DNA of 20,000 nucleotides from Chiloscyllium plagiosum (taxonomy: Eukaryota): positions 46,423-66,422 of the forward strand of contig NW_025215138.1 of assembly GCF_004010195.1 (NCBI RefSeq), read 5' to 3'. Position numbers and translations under genes: made by a program. The notes beneath the pieces are model-generated. The model worked only from the letters and a program-made list of their open reading frames with translations. It was not told the origin of the DNA and made no database searches. Below are positions 1 to 10,424 of the stretch, in pieces. Every line of letters begins with the position of its first letter. The first letter of the stretch is position 1.

Positions 1-51
1 ATGCAATCCTAGCTGGTTTTGGGCTCCAATTCCAATTTACAACTTACTGTC

Positions 52-288
52 TGAAATAATTTCATGGAGGCCAGCATCCCATCACCAAGTCATCCCTTTA
101 TTTACTCAGCGAGAGTCCTTGACACTGATCCAGCTTCCATACAGCCAGCTGTCAGAGTGAATAGAACCTCTGACACTCTTGTTTATACTTGTCAGCCCAG
201 GATTGCTATTTGGACCAGATTAACAGCTCCAATCAGGGAACTCATATTCTATGAGGTCCAACTGGCTGACCTCAATACAATCACTACA
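52..288 (-). mobile_element. Solo LTR (237 bp)
   Basis: TG...CA termini; flanks ctgtc (47-51) and ctgtg (289-293) form a 5-bp TSD with one mismatch. On the minus strand the order is CCAAT box (229-233), TATAAA (182-187), AATAAA (97-102). Confidence 0.7.
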
Positions 289-299
289 CTGTGCATATC

Positions 300-1270
300 C
301 CTGAATTCCCCACAACCAAGCATCTGCCTGTCCCAACATTAAGTAGGTTCTACTTCTCTGTAGTGGTGAAGTTCAAACATTCACATTACTGTCAGTCATA
401 AACATTTATCCACTTATATTGATACAGTTCACCCAGGTTCTAGATTCTCCACTTACAGGCAAACAGCTTCTTAGTGCTTACACTGTCATCCCCTTCGAAA
501 TCGTGGACATCTCAAAAGAATCACTTCTCATTCTTTTAAATTTCAGAGAATACAGATCCAATTCACTCAGCCTCACATCACAGGACAATACCCTCACCCC
601 AGGGATCAAAGTAATGAACCTTCATTGTACTACCTGCGATGTCAGAATTGCACACAATATTTTAGATGTGATCTATCATCAAACACTGATACTTCTTATA
701 TCTGCATTCCCATTTCTTTGCAATAAAGTTCAGCATGGCACTTAGCTCCCTAATTACTTGCTGAATCTGTATATTAACTTTCCATGTTTCTTGTTTGAGA
801 CTTCTAAATTTCTCTGAACATCAATATTTACAAGCTTCTCAGGTATTAAAAAGACATGCTGTTTCTGCATTCTTCCAAAGTTGATAAATCACACTTCCCT
901 GTGTTATATTCCAGCTGCTACCCTGTTTTCCATCCATTTAATCCATATATATTTCTTAGTAGGTTTTTAATTTCCTCTTCACAGCTTAAATTCTCACAGC
1001 TTTGTATCATCAGCAAATTTGGATTCCTTATTTGATTTTCTTCAGTTAAGTCACTGATTTAGATTGTAAATAACTAGATGCTCCATCATTGACTTCTGCG
1101 AAATGTAAACTCCCAAATTCATTATCTTTCAACTTGAAAATTCCCCCCATTTATCCTTGCTTTTTTGCTTCCTGTCCATTAACCAATCTATAATAATATA
1201 TTTCCCAGATGCCATGTATCCTCATCTTGCTGATTAACCTAAGAAATTACTTGGAAATCCAAGTTCACTG
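300..1270 (-). mobile_element. Decayed CR1-type LINE, ORF2 RT to 3' end
   Basis: Minus-strand motifs LDFQ (about 1250-1268), KFADDTK (about 1000-1020) and RFITLIPGVRVLSCDVRLSELDLYSLKFKRMR (about 525-625); many stops and deletions. Confidence 0.8.
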
Positions 1271-1351
1271 GATTGAAGGAGAAGTGCAGTGTGGCTAGGC
1301 CATGGGACCATACCTCAGAGAAAAAAAAAATACCTTCATGTGCTGTGGTCC

Positions 1352-1540
1352 ACTGAGAATCAGCACCTTTTGGAATTGTGTCCCTGTTATAGTCAGCATC
1401 TTCAGAAACTGTAACCCAATGTGACAGTGCAACTACAGGACTCTAATGAGTGTTAGCACCATCAGGAACAGTATTTCAGTGAGACTCAGCACCTTGCAGA
1501 ACTGTATCCCATTGAGAGCCAGCACCTTCAGTAACTGAAC
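1352..1540. repeat. 33-bp minisatellite, about 6 degenerate units
   Basis: Core (c/t)agca(c/t)c recurs at 1361, 1394, 1454, 1487 and 1520 (33-bp spacing, plus one 60-bp gap holding a degenerate unit). Consensus is roughly tgagagtcagcaccttcaggaactgtatccca. Confidence 0.75.
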
Positions 1541-2354
1541 AGGAATGAAGATTCCCAACTGAAGGAAACTGCATGAATATACAAAAATCATTTGGATTGG
1601 CAGAGCTGACCACTCTGTCATTAGTGTATGTGTGGAGCAGTTTTCTACATATTAACTCTATTGATAATTCAACTGATCATTTCAGTTTTTAATGAAGGGA
1701 TGCTCAATTTAAAATTAAATGAAATAGTGTTTAATGAGAGGAACAGTAATTCATTTAACTTGGGCAGGTGAGTTGAGTGGAATATTTTCCAAACTGCTTT
1801 TGTTAAATTGAGTGTGTTGAGTGTGTTTAATGGTTTAGAAAATTAACTTGCAGTTTGATTCAATCAAGCTCTCCATCTGATGTCTCTGTCTCTATCATTC
1901 TACATCAATAGATTTTCTTGGTATTTGCAGATTGATCATGAGGTATATTCATACTAACGAAGGAGTCACTTGATGATGATTGTTTCCACAGAGGACAGTC
2001 AGAGATTGTTGAGCAGGCATGTTCCTTATACAGTTGAGCAGAGAATTATGAATGAGGTGTTCAGTGAATTTGTTAAGGACACGGTTGCTTTATTTATTGA
2101 GATTCATTTGATTATAACATAAAGACCTAGACTTATGGATAATATTGAAAACATATGTGGGAATTATTTCTTAACCACTCCTTGACCTAAAATATTCTTG
2201 CTTACCCTAGTAACGAGAAGTCTTAGTATCTTTTGTACCTCAGAATGCGTAGGATGAAATAAGTTCAGTAGTGTAGTAACAGACTGAAATAATGGGCCTG
2301 ACAAAGCTGTTTTTCTGCAATTGAGAAGATTTCTTTCAATTAATTTTGGGATAG

Positions 2355-2651
2355 GCACATTATTGGCAAGACTTTAATGTATTTTCCATCCCCAAATGCC
2401 CTGGAGAAGGTGGTAAGCTGTTTTCCTAAACCAGTAATATCATTGGGGAATGGGTACACTGTGCTGTTGGAAAGGGAGACATAGAAGTTTGACCCAGCAA
2501 CAGTGACAGAACTGTGACAGAATGTGTTTCCAGTTCAGAATAGTGAGTGACTTGGAGTGCAGGTTGCAGGCATTGGTATTTCCATTTGCCTGTTGCCCTT
2601 TGCAGATGGTAGATTTCAAGGGTTTAAAAGATGCTATCAAAAGGAGTCTTG
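2355..2651 (-). mobile_element. 3' end of a second non-LTR retrotransposon family (CR1/L2 group)
   Basis: Decayed match to a common shark LINE 3' end (ccatccc..tgccctggagaaggtggt...gtgctgttgg..agggag...tttgacccagcaacagtga). A related copy lies at 16471-16722. Confidence 0.6.
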
Positions 2652-2689
2652 GAACATCTCTATAAATATAAACGTTAGGAGCATAAACA

Positions 2690-3670
2690 ATGTAAGCAGT
2701 TAGATATTAGGAATCTAATGGAATGTTAGCTTTTATCTCAAGAGGATTTTAGTGCGATAATATTGAAGTCTTTCTTCTGTTGTATCGGGGCTATATAGGA
2801 TCCAAATAGACTGCACCTGATGTACATTGACCAGTTCTGGTTTCCTCAGCTTGGGGAGGATATGATGGCCATGTAACTAGTGCAATGAAGGTGCAACAGA
2901 CTTGCTCCTGAGTGTGGCACCACTATGCTATGACGAGAGTTTGGGCAAACTGGGTCCTTTTTTTTAGATTAGATTACATTACAGTGTGGAAACAGGCCCT
3001 TCGGCCCAACAAATCCACACCGACCCGCCGAAGCGCAACCCACCCAGACCCCTACATTTACCCCTTACCTAACACTACGGGCAATTTAGCATGGCCAATT
3101 CACCTGACCTGCACATCTTTGGACTGTGGGAGGAAACCGGAGCACCCGGAGGAAACCCACGAAGACACGGGGAGAATGTGCAAACTCCACACAGTCAGTC
3201 GCCTGAGGCAGGAATTGAACCCGGGTCTCTGGCTCTGTGAGGCAACAGTGCTAACCACTGTGCCACCGTGCCACCCACTTTGTCCAGGGTTTCAAAGATT
3301 GAGAGGTGATCTGATTGAAACCAATAAAATACTTGAAGTGAAAGTTAAGGTGGACGCAGGTAAAATGTGTCTGTCCAAAGGCAGGTTGCACAGTTTACAC
3401 ATAAGTGGAATACTACTTACGAACAGGACGAGAGCAAATCTTTTTTTTACTCAGAAGGCTGTGAAACCTGGAAATTCTGTACCTCAGAGGGATGTGGAAG
3501 CGTAATGTTTGACTATGTTTAAAATGAAGATTTATGGATTTCTGTTTACCAGTGGTGTAGGGCTATGGGAATGGGGTGAATAAAAGGCATTGAAGTGTTC
3601 AATTAGGCATGATCAGATTTAATAGTAGAGCAGGCTTGATCGGCTGAATGGGTTACCCATCTTCCTATGT
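2690..3670 (+). mobile_element. CR1-type LINE 3' portion interrupted by an HE1 SINE
   Basis: aatggaatgttagcttttat (NGMLAF), QFWFPQL and FQRLRGDLIETNKIL motifs, then the CR1 3' UTR ending ...cttcctatg. Split at about 2960/3277 by a SINE. Confidence 0.8.
2961..3276 (-). mobile_element. Young full-length HE1 (V-SINE) tRNA-derived SINE
   Basis: Minus strand has A box TGGCACAGTGG, B box GGTTCAATTCC, V-domain gtgtggagtttgcacattctccccgtgtc...ggtttcctccgggtgctccggtttcctcccacagtccaaag, and a CR1-derived tail ending (AATCT)n. CpGs are retained. Confidence 0.9.
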
Positions 3671-3675
3671 GTCTA

Positions 3676-3790
3676 ACGAGGCCATTTAGTCCCATGAAGC
3701 TGCTCTGGCATTGAATTAGATCATGGATATTCTGCTGTGTTTTCAATTCCACATTTCCATCTATTCCAGATAACATTTCATTCTACAAAT
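3676..3790 (-). mobile_element. Short CR1 3'-tail fragment
   Basis: gaggccatttagtccc..gaagctgctctggcattgaattagatcatgg is the reverse complement of a decayed CR1 3' UTR end. Confidence 0.5.
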
Positions 3791-4429
3791 GTCTTTGGGA
3801 AATTCAAGTACAGTATGTCTAAAGGTTGTCCTTTATCAACATCATGTGCTACCCCTTCAAAGAACTCCAAAATAAATGGTCTCCACTGATGGAATAATAG
3901 GTATGTGTTTGCATGATATGTAGTTAGCGATATTCTGATTAGTGGAGCTGTTATCCCGCGGAATGGCTCTGTTTGCCCAATTTTGGCATTAAGATTACAC
4001 GGTGAACAAAGCGCTCAGACCCTGTTTATGAGCTTGCCAATAAGGCTACCCTTGTAGCACATGGAACCATAGAAATCTAAATGCACATGTTAAAAATCTT
4101 TGACATCATGTTTCTTTTTCAGCAATATACAGAGCAATATCAAAGTTTCCGGGTTTGCCCACTGTAACTTTCCTTTGGTAAGATAGTAAGACATATGCAG
4201 TGCATCAGAAACTACACTAGTACTTACTAGGTACAACATGTATCTAACCAGAGCGATGCAGTTATATCTCAACTGTTATCATAACACGATTTGGGCCAGA
4301 GTGTTATTTGTTTGGTACACTTGTCCCAGATATCAAATTGCCTTCAAATATTCGAGGTTTTATGGAAAACCGTGCCACAGAAGCAAGTTCGGAAGTTGCT
4401 GTTATTAGGTTAATATTTTCCATGACTGT

Positions 4430-4540
4430 AAGTAATTGATGCTAATGAGACAGAGAAATGATTTATAGATAAATGGAAAATTTCTGGGACATCACCTCCT
4501 GACGTACGATCGCGGTAAGAGCCCGGTTTTAAAAAGCCAG
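4430..4540 (+). promoter_or_regulatory. Proximal promoter: TAAT homeodomain sites, TGATTTAT site, CRE-like element, TTTAAA TATA-like box
   Basis: TAATTGATGCTAATG 4433-4447; TGATTTAT 4459-4466; TGACGTAC 4500-4507 (CRE consensus TGACGTCA); TTTTAAAAA 4527-4535, about 85 bp upstream of the ATG. The order matches the mammalian SST promoter (upstream TAAT element, CRE, TTTAAA). About 16 CpGs in 4501-4730 against a CpG-poor background. Confidence 0.7.
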
Positions 4541-4547
4541 ATGGACT

Positions 4548-4574
4548 GGAGCTGTCCACATCACCAGTGCTGAA
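4548..4574 (-). promoter_or_regulatory. Candidate non-canonical RE1/NRSE (REST-binding) element with 8-nt spacer
   Basis: Minus strand reads TTCAGCACT-GGTGATGT-GGACAGCTCC, against consensus halves TTCAGCACC and GGACAGCGCC. It lies 13-39 nt downstream of the TTTAAA box, over the predicted TSS. Confidence 0.55.
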
Positions 4575-4616
4575 ACACCGGGCATTTCAACCTGCGCTTC
4601 TTCGCTCTGTGCAGTG

Positions 4617-4739
4617 ATGTGGTGCAACCGAGTTCACTGCACCCTCGCCCTGCTCTCCATCGCCTTGGCAGTGCTGAATGGGGGCGCCGCTTCCACAGCC
4701 GACAGGTATCGAGAAATCCTCGAGACATCCATGGATCAG
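4617..4739 (+). CDS. SST: Preprosomatostatin-family gene, coding exon 1 (signal peptide and start of propeptide)
   Basis: ATG at 4617 (gtgATGt) reads MWCNRVHCTLALLSIALAVLNGGAASTADRYREILETSMDQ (41 codons), followed by a strong donor CAG|GTAAGA at 4739/4740. Aligns by eye with human SST exon 1 ([46 protein letters not shown]). Hydrophobic signal peptide; intron after Q in phase 0, as in mammalian SST. Confidence 0.93.
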
Positions 4740-4821
4740 GTAAGAAATATTCCAACTGTCGTGCTATTCTTAAACTTTTCCTGATAGTTCTGCAAAATAT
4801 TTCCGTTTGTATCCATCTCAG

Positions 4822-5240
4822 GTGTATACATGACAAAAAACAATGGACTCAGCACTGATCCTTGGGGTACACTATGAGTCACAGGCCCCCAGTCCAAAAA
4901 GCAACCCCCAACCCACCACCCTCTGCCTCTTACCTTCAAGTCATTTTTGAATATAATTGGATAGCTTCCCCAGATCCCACGTCATCAAATGTTACTAACA
5001 AGTTTACCATGTGAAACCTTGTCAAAGCTTTACTGAATCCATACAGACAACGTTTAACACTCAGTTTTCATCAATCTTTGTTGTCACTTCTTCAAAAACT
5101 CAACAAAGCCATGTTGACTGTCCCTAACCAGCTTTTGAATTTCCAAATGTGTGTAAATCCTGTCCCTCAAAACCCTAGCCAATAGGTTACACACCACTGA
5201 TGTAAGGTTCACTGATCTGTAGTTCCCTGGCTTTTCCTTA
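4822..5240 (-). mobile_element. CR1-type LINE RT fragment
   Basis: Minus-strand WGPVTHSVPQGSVLSPLFFVMY (ORF 4736..4939) and a frameshifted DFSKAFDK-like motif near 5020-5050. Confidence 0.8.
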
Positions 5241-6868
5241 CACAGCTAAAATGGAAAACATAACTCAATCCTTTCATTCACTTTGGACGACCAGTAGAAA
5301 TATAGTCGGAATAAGCTTCCAACTTCAGACTTCCAAGTATTCAGGATATTATGCATCAGTTGGTTATAAAACATTTGAAGTCAATAGCATATCATCTGCA
5401 AAGCCAGAGGAATAACAAAGACCTTCAAGATAATGAATAATTCATGTCATGAATATCCTCAAGACTGGGATAAAGGTCTGGATTTTTCTTTTGTTTGCTG
5501 TCTGAAATTCATCACGTGAATGATTAAGATTTGCCCATGTGAATTAACATATAGCCATAATACAAGAGGTCTATTGAAATCAATAAAGGGTTTTTTTTAG
5601 GACAGAAAGATAAATGCTGTATGTTAGACGATGTATCCATGTTTATGGAAAGACTCACAGCAGCATGCACAGTAGCACAGGAACATTTAAAAATGTCACT
5701 GACAAAGATGAGAGAATAGGCATATAGGCATGTTAAGAACAGAAGAATTCAAACACAAGATGAAGTGTTAGCGTTGTTACCTGTACATAATATTCAGTGG
5801 TCCATACAAGGTAACTATGAGGATGAGAAAAGTAAATTACTTGGTAGATTCTCCAACTCACAGAAAAAGAATCAGTTAAGCCATTTAATAACATATTAAA
5901 ATAATATCAGTATAGAGTTAATGATAAGAAAGTGCAAGCATGTCAGATGTGGGGTAATGAAGGATGAATAAGAGAGTGAGAATGAGGTAGAAGCAGATGT
6001 ACATAATTCACAAAATGAGCCTCGTACTGCTGGATTTGCCAATACTGAAATACTGTACTTGGACAGGGTTATTAGGACTGTGCTCTCATACTTAAAGTTG
6101 GGTGTGCCCCATTCTTGTCTAAGTCTGTTCTATTGAAAGAGTATTGGCAAGAATAACTGAAAACAAAAGAGATATCAGCTTTTGTTTCACCAAATGGATA
6201 TATATATCGATGTTAATCTAACCTTTTAGGTTTGAAAATGCTCTAGCAATGTTCCAAAACCCATAAATCAAGTCCGAATTCATGCAAAAGTTTGTACTTG
6301 GATTATGATGCCTTAACTTACAAAAAGACTTTGGAAGAACACAATAGTATTGACAACCTTATTTGCACAATTATGTTAGCCAATTTAACAATACATCTTG
6401 CCAAGAGTAGGTTAATGAAAGCATGGACAACTTACACAGGATGCAATATAGTGTTACCAATGACAGTGATAGAATTTGATAGTTTTGATTGAATTCCCTA
6501 TTCCTACAACTAAAATGGGAACTCATGAGATTTTGGGGAATGTGGGTTTTCCATCAAAATCATTTGTCCAATTTTAGCATGATAGCTGGCCCATTGTTAG
6601 ATGTATTGCAAAAAACAGGAAATGGTAATATGGTCAAAGGAGTACCAGCAGCTTCTGAGACCTGGAAGCAATTCAAACAAATGACCTTTTGTTGGTCACT
6701 GATTACTACTGCAATTATATCAATTTTAGTGACTTGGAGATAGGTGCAGACATATTGCAAGAAGATGAATCAATAACAGAGAAGCCAGAAAAGTGCTTTT
6801 CTAATAAATTGAATCAGCATCAAAAGAAATATTTTTAGTCGACAAAGAAACTCTGAGATTTTTACTCT

Positions 6869-7504
6869 TGTTATGGACCAGGTCAGACCCCCCTCAAAAT
6901 ATTTCAAGATAATAGCCCAGGCCCTAACTTTGCAAGATGTTTTAAGCAGATGTAACGTGGATATTCCTGGAGTGATGCAGCTGGCCAAACCATTTAGTTT
7001 TAACCAAAACAGAATTTATTTACAAGACTACTAAATGAATCATAAACAAAAGAGAACACAATGATTTGACCTATCCAAAACCCAACAGATTATCCCAATT
7101 TAATGATGCTATTCCAAGTAATTGCAACAATCCCATAAACACCCCTTGGCACAAAAGGTAATATCAAATACAGGCACTTACAGGAGAGAGGTGAGAGATA
7201 GAGAGTACCAGCTGGGACTTGCTTCTATGGGTCCAGCAGCTTTTTTCACACTACTGCTTAAAACCAAACCAAACCAAAGAAAAGCTAAGCTGGGAGAACT
7301 GGCCACTCCCCTTTCATTGAACACGTTTTTTTTAACTTGAAAGCCTTCTGTCTGAGGCAGTATCTGATAGGTATTATCAAACCGATCCTGAAACCCTTCA
7401 TTCCAAGAGTTTTTGGAGCCTGTGCCTTGTACAACCTCTCTGAACAAAAAACGCCAAAGACCGCGTAACCTTGCTAAAGGAGCAGCAGGAGCAGCATTGA
7501 TACA
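6869..7504 (-). mobile_element. Solo LTR (636 bp) inserted in the Gypsy RNase H region
   Basis: Starts TGTTATG and ends ...GATACA; flanks ctct/cttt form a 4-bp TSD with one mismatch. AATAAA on the minus strand near 7015-7020. RNase H homology stops at its left edge and continues to its right. Confidence 0.65.
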
Positions 7505-7560
7505 CTTTTTCTTAAACTTTGAAGGCTTATGTCAATCATGAGCATTAAACAAATGTCTAT

Positions 7561-7896
7561 GGCAAATATCTCAGCGGTTAGCACTGCTACTTCACAATGC
7601 CAGGGACCCAGGTTCGAATCCATCCGTCTGTGTGGAGCTTGCACATTCTCCCTATGATTCTGTGGATTTCTTCCAGGTACTCTCGATTTCTTCCACAGTC
7701 CAAAGATGTGCAGGTTTGGTGGATTGGCTGTGCTAAATTACTTGTAGTGTCCAGAAATGTGCAGGCTAGGTGGATTAGCCATAGGAAATTTGGAGTTTTG
7801 GGGATGGCGTAAGGGGCTGGGTGGGATGTGCTTTGGAGGGTTGGTGTGGACTTGATGGGCCAAATGGCCTGTTTTCACATTGTAGGGATTCTATGA
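7561..7896 (+). mobile_element. HE1 SINE
   Basis: ctcagcggttagcactgct...ggttcgaatcc head, V-domain, tail ...gtagggattctatga. Confidence 0.85.
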
Positions 7897-9556
7897 CAAT
7901 CATTTGGTCCTTCAAGGGAAGATTAAAAATCAAACATTTTAAGCTGTTGTGGTGGTGTTTGCTAATGCACTTCATCGCATGAAACATGTTCATTTTGCTG
8001 AAAAAGGTAATGCCATTGCTGATGCACTATCAACAATGTAATGATGTGGAATAGCTTGTGAAGGGTCACCTTTAAGGGTCCACTTTAAAGTTTCTTGCTG
8101 ATGAGGCATGGCTGAACTTGTTATTGTTTTCAGCAATCATCTATGTTTATTTGATACCATCTTCTTCAGTTAATGTTCCTTCATGAGATCCTTAAACAAA
8201 TTGCTAACACAGCTCACTTACTTTGTAGTGTATGATGCTTAAACTCAGATATTCAAAAGCCTTGTTGGTTGTATTTCTCTCTGACACCTTAAATTTTGTT
8301 TCTGGAGCTTTTCTCTTTCTATCTTCCAAGCCACATCATGCCTGCTTGACTGTTTTGGAAATTGATAAACTGCACTACTAATATTAAAAGTCTTTTCTCT
8401 CCAAATGACCCACCTCTTTGGAAAGAAACTTACACACTCACTGACCTTCAGAATGGTTCTGTCTATCTAAAATAACTGGTTTCTGTGTCTGTTTCCATAT
8501 GTCATAGGATACCTTGTTGCTAGACAACAGTGCACATTTAGTTTCCTGTCTTCAACCTTTTTTTAAAAACATTAAACTATTTAAAGACCTCATATAAATG
8601 CATGTAAATGTATTTTTAGACAACTCTAACCACGTCCAGAACTAGATGAAAATTAAACTAAACCTTTCTTTCTTAATCTAGACAGTATTGAAACACAAAC
8701 CAAATTTAAAGCAATATATGTTCCTCTCCACTTCAGAACATTGGTGAGAAAGTTGGGAAAATAAATTAAAAATGGAATAAGTCAGATTCTTGATGTTGTG
8801 ACAAAGGGAGGGAATTGAGCCCAATGGAAGTAGATGGAAGAACAGTTAGCAGCAATGCAGGTACAGGACAGGTGTCTCCAGTGAATGAGTTGGAAGGGCA
8901 GAGGGCATGGAGTGTTGGCAGTTTCAGAAAATGAAGCAGGTGAGAACCACTGAGTAGTCAGGATGTTTCAAAGTAGTGAGAACTGTAGGTGAGATGTGTG
9001 CACAGGGGCAGAGTTAGGGTGAGTGATGTCCCTGAGAGTGGGAGTTAACAGCAGGAAGGTATGGCACTTACCTTTGTGGATCATAGAGGATCATGAAACT
9101 CTGGACACAGAACTGAGCTGGGCTGCTATCACAATCCAGGTTGGGTGTAATTAGTGGTTTGGCCTCCTTTGCCACTCAATCGGATATTGCTCTGCTCTTC
9201 TCCCCACCACCCTTTCCACCAACACCTCCCAGTCCCTGTTGCTGGAGCAATGACTGAACCTACCTATATGGGTCATTTCCTTCAGAGTAATAGTGAATGA
9301 CTGAAGTGACGGGGACAGGTTTTACCTGCAACATCTTTAATGGTGTGCAGCTGGGGTTTCAATATGATGCCGGCTACATGAATGTTGCAAAGTCCTAGCA
9401 GCCGTGATAGCAGAAATCACTTTGAGCTCTCCTGCCACATGCTTCCATTACACTGGTGCTGTGCAGATCAGTTGCATCATTAGTGAACTGAAGAATGAAA
9501 GATTGTATAAAAAAAGTCACCATGGGCCTTGGTGGACTTGGTGCCATGAATTCCTT

Positions 9557-9816
9557 GGGCAGCTATCTGTGTGGAGTGTGCACATTGTCCCTGTGTCTGC
9601 ATTGGTTTCCTTCCACAGTCCAAAGATGTACAGATTAGGTGGATAGGCCATGTCAGATTGCCTATATTGTCCAGCGATGAGCAGGCCAGGTGTATTGACC
9701 ATGGGAAGTGAAGAGTTGTAGGGTAGAGGGTGGGTCTGGGTGAGATGGTCTTTGGAGGGTCAGTGTGAATTTGATGGGCTGAATGGCCTGCTTGTGCACT
9801 GTAGGGATTCTATGAT
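9557..9816 (+). mobile_element. 5'-truncated HE1 SINE
   Basis: V-domain tctgtgtggagtgtgcacattgtccctgtgtctgc...ccacagtccaaagatgt and tail gtagggattctatgat. Confidence 0.8.
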
Positions 9817-9817
9817 G

Positions 9818-10420
9818 TATCTATCCATCACTGCTTTTAAAAATATTCAAGCACATTGTTTCCAACATCTTTTCAGGAAGAGAATTCCAAAAACGCATGA
9901 TCCCCTGGAAGGACAAATAGATCTCCTGTTAAATGTGTTTAAAAATTATGTCAATTTCTCTTGTACCTCCACACAACGATGTCCTTGGTCCCTTGATGTG
10001 TTTAAGTAAACCTGTCTCCAAAAACTTACCATCATTCCTAAGAATAACGCAATACTCCAGCTGAGGCCTAACTAATATTTTATAAAGTTTAAAGTGTTTT
10101 ATACTCTTGTTTCCCTTTTGATAAGGCAAAGGGAAACTTTATGTTTTCTTCTTAGCCATCTCAAATTGCCTTGCCTTCTCCCAACTTTTATGTACCTACA
10201 TCCACTGGAGTTTGTGCAGCTGAAATTGTATAATTTGTTTTATATTATCCTCCTTGTCTGTCCTGCCAAATTATTTCACACCTCTTCTTGTTAAAGTGCA
10301 CTTATCTGTCATCCGTCTGGGCATTTCCTCAATGTGTTCAAACTTCTCCTTAGTGTTCGCTACATTTTGGAATGTTATGTCACCTATACACTTTTGAAAT
10401 GCTGCCTTGAATACCCTTAA
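9818..10420 (-). mobile_element. Decayed CR1-type LINE 3' portion
   Basis: Minus-strand LYKILVRPQLEYC (ORF 9929..10129) and CR1 3'-end-like sequence at 9820-9905. Confidence 0.7.
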
Positions 10421-10424
10421 ATTA

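Larger units (their letters stand above)
5245..8041 (+). mobile_element. Decayed Ty3/Gypsy pol remnant with INT-RT-RNase H order (Gmr1-like), interrupted by a solo LTR and an HE1 SINE
   Basis: Integrase motifs FGRPVEI*SE*ASNF (about 5282), KSIAYHLQSQ (about 5378), EYPQDWDKG, FSGPY and VNYLV come first. RT motifs LLKEYWQ, KEISAFVSPNG, NALAMFQ, YLD and ANLTIHLAKS follow (6130-6410), then RNase H motifs LQEDE and NKLNQHQKKY..DKETL (6755-6857), and GNAIADALSTM* ending at 8041. Confidence 0.8.

Noticed and set aside
1352..1540. CRISPR-like periodic repeat
   Set aside because: The units are directly tandem and degenerate along their whole length with no unique spacers. The context is eukaryotic and there are no cas genes.
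1992..2056. Possible small exon (ttgtttccacag|..DSQRLLSRHVPYTVEQRIMNE)
   Set aside because: The donor is weak (GTGTTC), there is no recognisable homology and no partner exons. Only RNA-seq could rescue it.
3200..3276. tRNA gene
   Set aside because: The A and B boxes belong to the tRNA-derived head of an HE1 SINE and are followed by the V-domain and LINE tail.
2912..3505. Longest ORF in the track (197 aa)
   Set aside because: It is a chance read-through of an antisense HE1 SINE fused to CR1 ORF2 debris (RLRGDLIET), not a gene.
4541..4573. Short upstream ORF (MDWSCPHHQC*)
   Set aside because: Its ATG is only about 6 nt after the TTTAAA box, so it probably lies upstream of the TSS and is not in the mRNA.
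4701..4711. Alternative donor CAG|GTATCG in exon 1
   Set aside because: It is weaker than GTAAGA and phase 2, so it would frameshift exon 2 and lose the hormone.
4561..4858. ORFs 4619..4858 (+) and 4561..4836 (-) overlapping exon 1
   Set aside because: These are wrong-frame and antisense shadows of the GC-rich exon. The real frame starts at ATG 4617 and matches preprosomatostatin.
8720..9480. Purine-rich stretch, possibly Penelope-like internal sequence
   Set aside because: Too decayed to show convincing protein motifs by eye; left uncalled.
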